A stretch of DNA of 64,000 nt from Myxococcales bacterium (GTDB lineage: Bacteria > Myxococcota > UBA727 > VGSZ01). Shown piece after piece: positions 29,122-39,367 of this stretch. A program made the position numbers and the translations under genes. The notes beneath the pieces are model-generated. The model saw nothing but the letters and a program-made list of their open reading frames with translations, was not told the DNA's origin and made no database searches. The stretch covers positions 25,177 through 89,176 of the forward strand of contig JAHFED010000015.1 in the NCBI GenBank assembly GCA_023248635.1, written 5' to 3'. Positions within the stretch are counted from its first letter, which is position 1; each line of letters opens with the position of its first letter.

Positions 29122-30089
29122 CGCTGCCCGTTGGCTTGGCCCTGGGGGGCCACACCCTGGCGAGCCCCTTCTTGTTGGCGCCCCTCGAGGGCGTCTCGGA
29201 TGCGGGATTTCGTCGTCTGTGTTTCGAGCAGGGTGCTGCACTTACTTTTACTGAAATGATCCGCGCTCGAAGTCTCGCAAAGCGCAACAAGGCAACGCTC
29301 GATCTCATCGACACCTTCGACGACGACGTCTTAACTGGAATACAGTTGTTGGCGACATCTCCGCAGGAGTTGTGCGATGCTGTTTCAACAGTCGAAGAGC
29401 TCTCGAAAACGTCGCACCCCCACTGGCAACGCATCGCCGCCGTCGACCTGAACTTCGGCTGTCCCTCCAAGGACGTCATTCAGCACGGGGCGGGGCCGGC
29501 CATGCTGAAGAGGCGCGGGCGCATGGAGGCGATCTTCCAAGCGCTCGCGAGCTGGAAGAAGACGACGTCGCTGCCGGTGAAGAGCGTGTCGGCCAAGATC
29601 CGGCTCGGGCTCAACCAGCGCGAACAGGAGCACCGCGTTTTTCTGCCGGTGGTCGAGCTGGCATCGGCGCACCTCGATTACGTCGTCGTTCATGCTCGGC
29701 ATGCAGGCCAGCGCAGCCGCGATCCACCGACCTGGGCCGCCATCGCCGAAGCGAAAAAGGTCGCCAGGGTGCCGGTGATCGGCAACGGCGACGTCGTCAC
29801 CCGCGCCGATGCCCTGCGCTTGTACGAGCTGAGCGGCTGCGACGGCTTCTTGATCGCTCGCGCGGCCATTGCGTCGCCCTGGGTGTTTGGGGCGCTGCTC
29901 GGCAGGGGGTACGTGCCCACCGTCGACGACGTCGAGCGTGAACGCCTGCGCTACCTGGACACGCCGCACACCAAGCCGAAATACCGCGAGTTCCACGCGC
30001 AGAATTTTGCGCGCTTGCTGCGACAGGCGCGCGGCGAGATGACGACGATGGTGATTCCGCAAAACGCCCATATGGGACCGAGCCGATGA
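29118..30089 (+). CDS. dus: tRNA-dihydrouridine synthase
   Basis: LAPLEGVSD..FR, DLNFGCP, VSAKIRLG, VHAR, VIGNGDV. Confidence 0.92.
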   Translation: MTLPVGLALGGHTLASPFLLAPLEGVSDAGFRRLCFEQGAALTFTEMIRARSLAKRNKATLDLIDTFDDDVLTGIQLLATSPQELCDAVSTVEELSKTSHPHWQRIAAVDLNFGCPSKDVIQHGAGPAMLKRRGRMEAIFQALASWKKTTSLPVKSVSAKIRLGLNQREQEHRVFLPVVELASAHLDYVVVHARHAGQRSRDPPTWAAIAEAKKVARVPVIGNGDVVTRADALRLYELSGCDGFLIARAAIASPWVFGALLGRGYVPTVDDVERERLRYLDTPHTKPKYREFHAQNFARLLRQARGEMTTMVIPQNAHMGPSR

Positions 30090-30793
30090 CCGTCAACGTC
30101 GCCCGCGCGCTCTTTGCTTTCGACGTCGACGGCACCCTCATCGACACCCGGCCGAGCTTCACGCGCATCATCAAGGAGCTCTCTGGCGCCAGCGACGACG
30201 AGGTCCGACGTTTTCGCGACACCGGCGGCTTCAACGACGACTGGGAGCTCTCCCGTGCTTTGGTGTGTTGGACGCGCGCGGGGCGGCCCAAGATCGTCGA
30301 ACGCTGCGAAAACGTGCGCGACGTCGTCGCCTGGTGCGGCCACGATCCCGGCGACCTCGCCGCGCAATGCATCGCGCTGTACCGCGGCGGCTATTGGCGC
30401 GATGAGCGTCCCCTCATCGACGGCGCGCGTCTGGCTGCCTTGGAGTCCTTCATCGACGTCGTCGCCTGCACCGGCCGCGACGTCTGGGAGCTCGACAAGG
30501 GCCAGCTCATGATCGGGCATCGTTTTGCAGCGTCGACGACGATGGAGATCGCCAAGAAGCCCGATCCCCAGGCGCTGCTGCGCTTGTTGCCGCCGTCGAC
30601 GTCGCCTTCGCTGGTTGTGCTCCTCGGCGACACCCACGCCGATCGCAAGACCATCGCGAATGCTCGCGCCGCACGACCTGATCTGCATTTCGCCTTCGTG
30701 CTCATCGACGAAGAACACCCCTGCGCCGCCGTCGTCGACGCCGTGCTGCAGGCCCGGGATCCCCGCCGCGCCCTGGACTTCGCCGAGCGTTAG
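30086..30793 (+). CDS. HAD-superfamily hydrolase
   Basis: FDVDGTL, CTGR, KPDP, LGDTHAD. Confidence 0.85.
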   Translation: MTVNVARALFAFDVDGTLIDTRPSFTRIIKELSGASDDEVRRFRDTGGFNDDWELSRALVCWTRAGRPKIVERCENVRDVVAWCGHDPGDLAAQCIALYRGGYWRDERPLIDGARLAALESFIDVVACTGRDVWELDKGQLMIGHRFAASTTMEIAKKPDPQALLRLLPPSTSPSLVVLLGDTHADRKTIANARAARPDLHFAFVLIDEEHPCAAVVDAVLQARDPRRALDFAER

Positions 30794-30803
30794 GGCGGTT
30801 TCC

Positions 30804-30871
30804 GAATTCACCGACAGCGCTTCGCGTGTCGGTGAATTGTCTACAGGTTCATCGCCTGGCGGCGATGAATT
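30804..30871 (+). repeat. Dispersed double-hairpin REP-like repeat
   Basis: One full unit 10 nt after the HAD stop, between convergent genes. Confidence 0.85.
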
Positions 30872-31012
30872 GATTGACCTTCGCCAGGCTTGGTCCTTTC
30901 CTCGATGCCTTCGTTGCGTGCTCGGTGAAGCCGGAGAGGCTGCCCCTGCGCCGCGCCTCGGCCTCGAGGAAATTCCCGGCGTCGGGCTCGATCAATCAAC
31001 AAGGAAACCGCC

Positions 31013-31795
31013 CTAGCCAGAAAGAGGCTCCCCGATGAGCGCGGTGATGCGCACCGGGAACCAGGCCACCTCGATGCGCTCCACGCGAAATCGGTAGCCG
31101 TCGTCGTCGAGGCCAGCGGTGAGCTCCTTCAATTCGTCGACGGAGTAGGCCCGCAGACAGCTGCACAGGCCGTCCCAGAGCACGCCCATCGGAATGAGCG
31201 GCACCAGATAGGTGAAGAAGACGCGAGCGAAGGTCAGGGGGCGCGACCAGGGGGTGAGCCCCCAGACGGCGAAGGGCGTTCCTGTCAGAAACACGATGGT
31301 GGCCAGACGACGCTCGACGACCTCGAGGGAAACGAAGGGCTGCCGCTTGCGGGCGGCGTCTTCGACGATGCGCCGGGCCAGCTCTGGTCGGAAGTGGTGG
31401 AAGGCATTGAAGATGGTGCGCACCCCCTGCAGCGACGTCGGTACGTCGCCGGCGTCGACGGATTCTCGCACCGTGGTGATGCGACCGCGGCCCCGGGCCA
31501 CCGCTTCATCAAAGGCAGAGAGATTGGGGTAGAGATCGGTCAATACTGCGACGACGTCGACGTTGTGGTGCTTCTGCAGGGCCTCGCGCAGCCGCAACAA
31601 GGGTCCGCCGCCGCCGCTGCACAGATCGACCAGCTGCTGACTGCGGTGACGTTGCAGGATGCCGGCGACGACGGGGGCGGCGTTGTCGTAGATGCGAAAA
31701 CGTTCGGCCGCGACTTGGAGAAAGGCCGTGAGCCCATCGCGCAGAAAGCCGGGACACCAGGCCTCGTCCTCGAGCTCGGGAGCATGAACGCGCAT
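31013..31795 (-). CDS. Class I SAM-dependent methyltransferase
   Basis: VDLCSGGGGP, LTDLYPN, FNAFHHF, WDG..SCLRAYS; ATG 31795. Confidence 0.85.
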   Translation of the reverse strand: MRVHAPELEDEAWCPGFLRDGLTAFLQVAAERFRIYDNAAPVVAGILQRHRSQQLVDLCSGGGGPLLRLREALQKHHNVDVVAVLTDLYPNLSAFDEAVARGRGRITTVRESVDAGDVPTSLQGVRTIFNAFHHFRPELARRIVEDAARKRQPFVSLEVVERRLATIVFLTGTPFAVWGLTPWSRPLTFARVFFTYLVPLIPMGVLWDGLCSCLRAYSVDELKELTAGLDDDGYRFRVERIEVAWFPVRITALIGEPLSG

Positions 31796-31879
31796 GGGTT
31801 GAGATACGCCATCGGCGTGGAGCGCGCTGACTGCGGGCTCCTTCGGCTCAAAGGCTCGGAGCACTGGTAGGGTCCGGCC

Positions 31880-33190
31880 ATGACGTCCGAGGTCCTCATC
31901 ATCGTCGCTCTCTTGCTGCTGCACGGCTTTCTGGCGGGTGCCGAGATCGCCGTGGTGACGCTGCGCAAGACGCGGCTGCGGCAGCTGGTCGATCTCGGCA
32001 AAGCCAGCGCGCGCGCCGTCGAAGCCCTGCGAAAGACGCCCGAGCGTTTCCTCGCCACCGTGCAGATCTTCATGACGGTCACGGGCATGATCATCGGCAC
32101 CCGATCAAAGACCTTCGAGCATCTGCTGGGGCCGGTCTTTGAATCCGTCGGCATTCCGGCTTCGTACGCCGCCGCCATCGGCTTCGGCATCGCCATCATT
32201 TTCTTGTCCTACTCCGAGCTCGTCGTCGGCGAGCTGGTGCCCAAGTCCCTCGCGCTGCGGGCCAGCGAGCCCTACGCCTTGCTCGTGGGTCGGCCCCTCT
32301 TGTTGCTCTCGTCGGTCATGCGGCCGGCCGTGTGGTTGCTCGAAGGCACCTCGAATCTCTTTCTGCGCATCTTCGGCGACAAGACCAGCTTCATCGAGTC
32401 GCGCCTTTCGCCCGAAGAGATCACGCAGCTCCTCGAAGAAGCTGGCCGCACGGGCTCCCTCGACGCGCGCGCCGCCGACATCGCGGTGCGGGCCATCGAG
32501 CTCGATGGTTTGACCGGCGGCGACGTCATGGTGCCGCGCAACCGGGTCGTCGCCGTCGAAAAAGGCGCCGATCCCGCGCACCTGCAGCGCGTGCTGCTGA
32601 GCAAGGGACACCAGCGCTTGCCGGTCTACGAAGAAGGCGCTGCCGACGAAGTCGTTGGCTACGTCGCTGCCAAAGATGTGTTCGCCGCCCTGATCGAGGG
32701 CAGCTCGCTGTCGATCGATGAGCTCATTCGCCCGGCGACGTTTTTTCCCGAGTCCATGAGGGCGACGGCCATCCTCAAAGAAATGCAGAGCGCCCGGGTG
32801 CAATTGGCCATCATCGTCGATGAGCGCGGCAGCATGGCAGGCTTGTTGACGATGGAAGATCTGCTCGAAGAGCTCGTCGGCGACATCTGGTCCGAAGACG
32901 ACAGGGCCGTGCCCACCGCCATCCGCACCACCAAAGACGGCGCCGCCATCGTCTTGGGCAGCGTGCCCTTGCGCGAGGTCAACCGGGCTCTCGACCTGGC
33001 CCTGCCCGAAGGCGACAACTGGACCACCATCGCCGGCTACTGCATTTCGCTCGCCGGGCGCATTCCCGAAAGCGGCGCGCGCTTGGAGACCGACGACGGC
33101 ACCGTGCTCGAGATCCTGGAGTCGACGCCGCGCCGCATTCGCAGCGTGCGCATCGTGAAAAAGAAAGATGAGCCAGCGTCGTCGCCGTAG
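31880..33190 (+). CDS. HlyC/CorC (hemolysin-family) CNNM-CBS-CorC transporter
   Basis: AGAEIAVV, FLATVQI, GELVPKSLAL, DVMVPR, IVDERG..GLLTMEDLLEELVGDI. Confidence 0.92.
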   Translation: MTSEVLIIVALLLLHGFLAGAEIAVVTLRKTRLRQLVDLGKASARAVEALRKTPERFLATVQIFMTVTGMIIGTRSKTFEHLLGPVFESVGIPASYAAAIGFGIAIIFLSYSELVVGELVPKSLALRASEPYALLVGRPLLLLSSVMRPAVWLLEGTSNLFLRIFGDKTSFIESRLSPEEITQLLEEAGRTGSLDARAADIAVRAIELDGLTGGDVMVPRNRVVAVEKGADPAHLQRVLLSKGHQRLPVYEEGAADEVVGYVAAKDVFAALIEGSSLSIDELIRPATFFPESMRATAILKEMQSARVQLAIIVDERGSMAGLLTMEDLLEELVGDIWSEDDRAVPTAIRTTKDGAAIVLGSVPLREVNRALDLALPEGDNWTTIAGYCISLAGRIPESGARLETDDGTVLEILESTPRRIRSVRIVKKKDEPASSP

Positions 33191-33213
33191 TCGCAGCCGC
33201 GTATCCTCGGCGC

Positions 33214-34434
33214 ATGACCACCCGCCGCGCTTTTCTGCAGAGCACTCGCGTCGTCGCTGGCGGTTTGGTGGTGGCCCCGCTGGGGTGTGCCGGTCTGCCC
33301 ATCATCGATCCCCTCGACGCCCACCGCGATCGCGTCGTGCTCGGGCTCTTCCCCTCGTCAAGACTGTCGACGCCCGAAGAAGCCGTGCACCGCACCCTCG
33401 AACAGGTCGATCTGGATTGGCTGCGGGCCGGCGACAGCGTGTTCATCAAGGTGGCCAGCAACTCGGCCAACACGCATCCAGCCACGACGTCGCCGACGGC
33501 GGTGCGAGCGATGTGCAAGGCACTGTTCGATCGAGGCGCCGGCCGCGTCGTCGTGGGTGATCAGTGCGGCGTGATGAGCGCGCGTCTGGCCAGAGGCGAG
33601 ACCCAGGACCAGCGCTGGCGCTCGACCCAGAGCGTGATGGAGAGCAACGGGCTGCTGCGGGCCATCGTCGACGGCGGCGCCGAACCCCACTTCTTCGACG
33701 ACCACGGCTTCGACGCCGGCTATTTCCCGGCGACGCTGCCCAGCGGTTCATCGTGGCGTCGTCCTCCGCACATTCCGCGCATCGTCAAAGAGGTGGACCA
33801 CATCGTCTACCTGCCGCGTCTCTCGTCGCATGTGCTCACGGGCTATACCCACGGCCACAAGATCGCGGTGGGTTGGATGCGCGACGACACGCGCCACGAG
33901 ATGCACAGCGACGCCGGCAACATCTACGAGAAATACACCGAGCTGAACTACTGCGACGAAATCGCCTCGCGCCTGCGCCTCGTCGTCACCCTCGCCGAGG
34001 AGGTGTTGTGCGAGGGCGGTCCCGATGGCGGCAGCATTGCCTGCGCCGATCCGCGCATCGTGCTGGCGTCGTCGCACCTCGCCAACCACGACGCCGTCTC
34101 CGTCGGCCTTTTAACCTGGGTGCAGCAGAACCTGCCCCGGACCAGAGACACGGGCGGCGTGCCCTATGGCGCGTGGGCGACGGCGTCGAACACGGTCTTT
34201 CTTGGCATCGTCGAGGCGCAGACGGGCATCCCCTGGACCTCCGACGGCGCCGGCCTCCCGCTCCCCTACTGGGCCCACGACTACGGCGGCGGCATCGAAT
34301 CCGATCGGGCCTTGAGCCGCGCCTACGAGCTCCTGGGGGGCGTGCCCCGCGGCATCGACGTCGTCCTCGCTGGCGATGAGCCCCCGCCCTCGTTGCGCGG
34401 CCACCTCGAGCAGCTGCTGCCCGTCGACCTCTGA
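33214..34434 (+). CDS. Tat-exported DUF362 domain protein
   Basis: TRRAFLQ twin-arginine motif; GDSVFIKV..TTSP..VVVGD..LPRLSSH. Confidence 0.75.
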   Translation: MTTRRAFLQSTRVVAGGLVVAPLGCAGLPIIDPLDAHRDRVVLGLFPSSRLSTPEEAVHRTLEQVDLDWLRAGDSVFIKVASNSANTHPATTSPTAVRAMCKALFDRGAGRVVVGDQCGVMSARLARGETQDQRWRSTQSVMESNGLLRAIVDGGAEPHFFDDHGFDAGYFPATLPSGSSWRRPPHIPRIVKEVDHIVYLPRLSSHVLTGYTHGHKIAVGWMRDDTRHEMHSDAGNIYEKYTELNYCDEIASRLRLVVTLAEEVLCEGGPDGGSIACADPRIVLASSHLANHDAVSVGLLTWVQQNLPRTRDTGGVPYGAWATASNTVFLGIVEAQTGIPWTSDGAGLPLPYWAHDYGGGIESDRALSRAYELLGGVPRGIDVVLAGDEPPPSLRGHLEQLLPVDL

Positions 34435-34440
34435 GCAACC

Positions 34441-35385
34441 TCAGGGCTTCTGCAGACCCGCGAGCAGCTCGTCGACGGCGGCCAGATCGAGCTTCTTGCG
34501 CCGGCCCACCGGGGCCTCGTTCGTACCGCCCTGCCGCGCCTGCGTTGTCGACGCCGCTTCCTGGGCGGCCGACAGGGTGACGCCGAGGTTGTCGCCGACG
34601 CGTTTCATCATCGCGGTGTCGACGTCGCGCTGGCGCGCCAGAAAAGCCTCGAACAAGGCGTTGTCACACAGGGTGTTGATGACGCGGGGAATGCCCTGAC
34701 TGGCATCGTGGACGACGTCGAGAGCGCCGGATCGAAAGAGCATGCGACCCGCGCCGGCGAGGCGCAGCCGGTGTTTCACATAGGCCTCCGTGGCATCTCG
34801 GTCGAAGGACGAGAGCCGCACGCGCAAGGCCACACGTTGGGCCAACGGCGGATCCAGCATCAGGTTCTGCTCGATCTCTGGGAGGCCGAAGAAGACGAAG
34901 GTGACGAGCTTGCGCTCGGGGACCTCGAGGTTCAGCAGCCCGCGAAACTCCTCCATGATCTCTCGGGTCTGCAGCATCTGGGCTTCATCGATGAGGACGA
35001 CGGCTTTCTTGCCCGCCTCGTAGACCTGGACGAGGCGTTGATACAATTGGCCCAGCAGTGCGAGCTTTTCATGTGCAGGATCTGCCACACCGAGTTGCAG
35101 TGCAATACGCCTTAATAACCAGCTCGCTGTGATGCCAGAGTGAATAATAACGAGCAGGGCCGCTTCATAGCGATCATCGGGCAGGGCGTCGAGCATGCGG
35201 CGGGCGAGGGTGGTCTTGCCGGCGCCGATGTTGCCGACGAGCAGGGCGAGCCCCTTCATGGAGTCGACGGCATAAGTGAGGCGAGTCAGAGCCTCGGCGT
35301 GCTGGGAAGAGTTGTAGTAAAAACGACTCACCGGAGCGTTTGAAAACGGCTCCTGTCTCATCCCGAAGTAGTCAACATAATTCAT
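34441..35385 (-). CDS. ExeA/GspA-family AAA ATPase
   Basis: YFGMRQEPFS, GNIGAGKTT, VLIDEAQML, GIPRVINTLCDNAL. Confidence 0.9.
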   Translation of the reverse strand: MNYVDYFGMRQEPFSNAPVSRFYYNSSQHAEALTRLTYAVDSMKGLALLVGNIGAGKTTLARRMLDALPDDRYEAALLVIIHSGITASWLLRRIALQLGVADPAHEKLALLGQLYQRLVQVYEAGKKAVVLIDEAQMLQTREIMEEFRGLLNLEVPERKLVTFVFFGLPEIEQNLMLDPPLAQRVALRVRLSSFDRDATEAYVKHRLRLAGAGRMLFRSGALDVVHDASQGIPRVINTLCDNALFEAFLARQRDVDTAMMKRVGDNLGVTLSAAQEAASTTQARQGGTNEAPVGRRKKLDLAAVDELLAGLQKP

Positions 35386-35394
35386 TAGTAATGA

Positions 35395-38300
35395 CTATAC
35401 GTAGTCGATGTTCTTTGGCCGACCTGGCGCGCCCGCGACGTTGGGCTTGTGCGCGCCATTGCCGTTGATGCCCTTGCCCCGCGCTGCAGCGACGTCGACC
35501 AGATCGGGCACGTCGACGTCGCCGTAGACGGCCTGCAGCGCAGCGATGCGCCGATCGAGATCGGGGGCGTTACCGCCCAGGTGTTTGCTGCGTTTCAAGC
35601 ACACGAGGCCTTCGCGACCGCTCATCTTGCGCTCGTCGAAGATGACCCCGCGTTCGTACTCGGCGGCGGCCTTCTGACCCCGAGAGGCCGAGGGCGAAAA
35701 GAAGGCCCGCTCGAGGGCGGCCAGAGCGTCGTCGACGCGCCCCTGCTCGAGCTGCACCAAGGCGATGACGTAGAACGAGTCGGCCGAACGGCCGGGGGCC
35801 CGCGCTGCGATCTCGAACTCGGAGATGGCGTCGTCGAGCAGCCCCATCTCCCGATAGGCGATGCCCAGATCGTAGTGGGTCGCGGCGTCGTCTTCGGGGA
35901 CGGTCTCGGCCACACCCTTTTTGAACTGGGAGAGCACCTCGGCCACCGAGACCTGGTGCGGGCCGGAGGTTTCGACGTTGGGCGACAACGCGGCCATGTC
36001 GTCGAGCTGGGCGCCGACCTCGTCGATGAGCTTCTGCTCCCACGGTGCTGGCGGTTCAGGCTCGCCTGCTTCTTTGGCCGCAACGCGCGCGAGCATGTGT
36101 TGCACACGCAGCGAGTCCTCTATGTCCTCGAGGATCGGCGTCAAGATCTCCCGGGCTTCGTCGAGCAGGTCTTGCTGGATGAAGAACTCTGCCTCGGCCA
36201 GCTCGTCGCCGAAGAAGGTGTTGGCGGGGTCGTCTTCGAAGCCCCGAGCGACCTGGAACAGACTGCGGGACTGCGACGGCAGATCGAGGCCCGCGTCTTC
36301 GAAGTCGGCCAAAGGCGCGCTGCTGGCGCCCAGCTGCAACGACGGCGGCGGCGCCGTTTCGATGAGGGCCTCGGCGTCCATCGACGCCAGCGAGGGAATC
36401 TGGTCGTAGCGACCAGTCTCGATCACAGCGAAAGAGCCGGTGACGTCAGAGGCGCCGGCGTCGTCCGACAGGGGCGGCGCGGCAGCCGCGGGACGGGCCG
36501 CCAATATCGCTTTGACGTCGCTGGGCAGGTCGAACTCGTTGGGATCGAACTCGCTGGTGCCCGAGGGCGGCTCATGTTCCGAGCTCGCACGGGGGGCGAC
36601 GAGCGCAGCGCCAAGGCCCACTGCCGGGGTGGCAAAGGAGGGCAGGACCGGGCGCTTCGAGCTCGGCGGCAGCTCGGTTCGAGGCAGGGGCCCAGGCGCC
36701 GACACGGCCTTGCGCTCGCCGGTCTCGATGTTGTCCTCGTCGTCGAAGCCGTGGGGCGACATGGCCGGCGCAGCGACGCCGGCATCGCCGCTGCCGTAGG
36801 CCACGGTGCGCTCATCGAAGCCGTCGTCGTCGGCGCTGAATTCGGCGGGCAGCCGCGGGGGCGGGGGCGGGGTCCAGGCGGGTGCCGGGAGGTCGTCGTC
36901 GACGAAGGCCGCGGCGGGTTCGCTGGGGCTGCGGTCGCCCAGGATGCCCGGTGTGCCGCCAGCGCTCGGCGCCGAGATCGGTCGGGGTCGCGCGGGGGTG
37001 GAGCCGATGGGCAGGGCGTCCTGCACGGCCTGGGCGGCCAAGGCGTCGATTTCGTCGTCGTCAAAGGAACCCGGCGCAGAGCCAAAGGGCGGAGGTGCGG
37101 TCACGGCTGGGAGCGCGAGGCTGACCGTGGCTTGGTCGAAATCGGCGTCTTCTTGTTCGAGCACCAGCTCGTCCGCCGGGAGGCCCTCCGACGACGACGA
37201 CAGCGGCGGTCGCCACCCAGCGGTGTGCATGGCCTCGGGAAGACCGGGAAGACCGGGGTCGTCGGGCATCCCCAGCGCTTCGCGCACCAAGGCATCAGCG
37301 TCAGCGTCGAAGGCGCCGGCTGCGGCGGGCGGCGATGAGGTGGTCGCGGCGCGAGGCGCTCCGGCGGGTTGGCGCGGCAGCTGCGGCATCGGCAAGGCCA
37401 AAGTTTGGACCATGCCTTCGTCGGGGGGCAGCTCGTCGTTGTAAGGCTCGGAGCCGTGGCCGTTGAGCGCGGCACCAGAAGCGTCCAGGGGCGAGGCCAT
37501 CGAAAAGGACGGCGACGCCGACCGCGTTTGGGGTCGGGTGGCGGGTTCGAGGGGCTCGTCGAGGCTCGCGAGCATGTTGGGCATCGCCCCGGGGCGTGCC
37601 TGCAGCATGGTGCGCGGATCGATTCCGTTGTCGGCCGGGCGGCCTCGGATGAGATCGGGACGTCCAGCGGGAGGCGCCGCAAAGGTCGGCAGCGTCGGGG
37701 GCACAGGCTGCGCTACGGGTGAGGAGCGGAGGGCCACCGCCGGAGGAGCCGGGGGTGCCTCTTCGTCGACGACGAAGACCTCACCTTCGCTGGAGAAATC
37801 CCGGCGGGCCGCGGGAGGGACCTGCTTCGTCGCCGCCGTCACCTCGCGGCCACGTGGAGCGTCGCCGCGGGCCAGCTCCGCCCTCCATTCGGCGACCTTG
37901 GGATGGCCCAGCTCTTCACCGCGCAGAATCAGTCGCTTCAGCGTTTCGACGACGGCGGCGGGCTGCTTGGTCTGGGTTTGCAGCTGCTTGAGCTTCTCGA
38001 GCCCCGGGATGTGATCGGGGCGAATGCTGAAGATCTTGTCGAGGTGCTCGATGGCTTTTTCGCGCAGCCCGTACTTCACATAGACGTCGGTCTCGGTGAG
38101 CAGCCGCGCCAACTGATCGTCCTCGGGGCTGGCTTTGGCCACCGTCGTCGCCCGCGGCACCACCACCGCCAACGACGCCGACCGCAGCCCTAGCGCAGTC
38201 TCGGCGTCGTCGTCGCCGGGGCTGAGCTCCAACACGCGCTCCCACGCCGTACGGGCGTTGAACGAGTCGTTGTTGCCCTCGTAGATGCGGGCCATTTCTT

Positions 38301-39078
38301 TGTAGACCGAGATGGTCTTGGGCGTCTGCTCGAGCGCGAGAAAAGCCTTGGCGATGAGGTCGAGCACCTCGAGGTTGCGCGGGTCGAGGCGGAAGCACAT
38401 TTGCAGCTTGGGCAGGGCTTGCTTGGCGTCGCCGCGGGCCATGTAGACATTGGCCAGCTCGCGGGCGACGTCGGTGGCGTTTGGATCCCAGGCGAGGACC
38501 TTTTCGCCTACGCGCAATGCGTCGTCGTGTCTCTGCTGGATCTTCAGGAAGTCGTAGGCCGAGCGAATCTCGGTGTTGGCCTCGAGCATCTGTCCGCTTT
38601 GGGCGAAGAGCTCGGCAACCTTGATGCGGGACTGCAGGTTCTCGGGGTCGAGGTCGACCATCCTCTTGAGGATCCCGAGAGTGTCGCTGCTGCGATCCTG
38701 CTGCTCATAGAGCTGCACGACGTGCTGGTAATGAAGCAGGCACTGCGATCCGTGGTTGAGCTGCTGGTAGAGCTCGGCGAGGCGCAGGTGGATGTCGGGG
38801 TTGGTGCCGTCGATGGTGAGCATCTGCTTGAAGACCGCCACGGCCCTCATGAAGAAGCCCTGCTCTGTGTAGATGTTCGCCGCCCGGTCGTAGTGCTCGA
38901 GCGCTTCCTTGCGCTTGCCCATCTTGACGTGGAGGGTCTCGGCGATCTTGAGCAGCGTCCGGACGTCTTTGCCGTCCTCGGCAATCAGCTTTTGGAACTC
39001 AACGATCGCCTTGTCGTACTTCGAAGCCTGCAGGAGCTTGATCGCGCCGTCATAAACCTTGTCGCGATTGATGGCCAA
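35395..39078 (-). CDS. sgmX: SgmX-like TPR protein (type IVa pilus activator family)
   Basis: N-terminal TPR array (YDKAI.EFQK, GFFMRAVA.FKQ, MVDLDPEN), long acidic/Pro linker, C-terminal FKKG..THYDLGIAYREMGLLDDA, end KNIDYV, adjacent ExeA ATPase; resemblance to myxobacterial SgmX is from memory. Confidence 0.75.
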   Translation of the reverse strand: MAINRDKVYDGAIKLLQASKYDKAIVEFQKLIAEDGKDVRTLLKIAETLHVKMGKRKEALEHYDRAANIYTEQGFFMRAVAVFKQMLTIDGTNPDIHLRLAELYQQLNHGSQCLLHYQHVVQLYEQQDRSSDTLGILKRMVDLDPENLQSRIKVAELFAQSGQMLEANTEIRSAYDFLKIQQRHDDALRVGEKVLAWDPNATDVARELANVYMARGDAKQALPKLQMCFRLDPRNLEVLDLIAKAFLALEQTPKTISVYKEMARIYEGNNDSFNARTAWERVLELSPGDDDAETALGLRSASLAVVVPRATTVAKASPEDDQLARLLTETDVYVKYGLREKAIEHLDKIFSIRPDHIPGLEKLKQLQTQTKQPAAVVETLKRLILRGEELGHPKVAEWRAELARGDAPRGREVTAATKQVPPAARRDFSSEGEVFVVDEEAPPAPPAVALRSSPVAQPVPPTLPTFAAPPAGRPDLIRGRPADNGIDPRTMLQARPGAMPNMLASLDEPLEPATRPQTRSASPSFSMASPLDASGAALNGHGSEPYNDELPPDEGMVQTLALPMPQLPRQPAGAPRAATTSSPPAAAGAFDADADALVREALGMPDDPGLPGLPEAMHTAGWRPPLSSSSEGLPADELVLEQEDADFDQATVSLALPAVTAPPPFGSAPGSFDDDEIDALAAQAVQDALPIGSTPARPRPISAPSAGGTPGILGDRSPSEPAAAFVDDDLPAPAWTPPPPPRLPAEFSADDDGFDERTVAYGSGDAGVAAPAMSPHGFDDEDNIETGERKAVSAPGPLPRTELPPSSKRPVLPSFATPAVGLGAALVAPRASSEHEPPSGTSEFDPNEFDLPSDVKAILAARPAAAAPPLSDDAGASDVTGSFAVIETGRYDQIPSLASMDAEALIETAPPPSLQLGASSAPLADFEDAGLDLPSQSRSLFQVARGFEDDPANTFFGDELAEAEFFIQQDLLDEAREILTPILEDIEDSLRVQHMLARVAAKEAGEPEPPAPWEQKLIDEVGAQLDDMAALSPNVETSGPHQVSVAEVLSQFKKGVAETVPEDDAATHYDLGIAYREMGLLDDAISEFEIAARAPGRSADSFYVIALVQLEQGRVDDALAALERAFFSPSASRGQKAAAEYERGVIFDERKMSGREGLVCLKRSKHLGGNAPDLDRRIAALQAVYGDVDVPDLVDVAAARGKGINGNGAHKPNVAGAPGRPKNIDYV

Positions 39079-39367
39079 GGCGCGCTCCGAACCTTTCTTC
39101 CAGCCGTCCCGCCGCGTTCGCGGGAAGCACTGAGCAGGATGCTCTGATGTTCAAGAAGCTGGGGTCTTGAAGAATGGGTTTGCGAACGACGGCGACGACG
39201 ACGGCTTCGACGATAGGGGGGGCCTCGGAGCCGGTCAAGCTTGCCACCGCTGGCGGGCGCAGACACGTGTCCGCTTCGGGCGCAAAGCAGGAAGCACTTG
39301 CGCCTGGCCCAAGGGCGCCGGCCCAAGGGCGCAAGGGGCGGAGGTTGCACCGCTCGCACGCCAACCC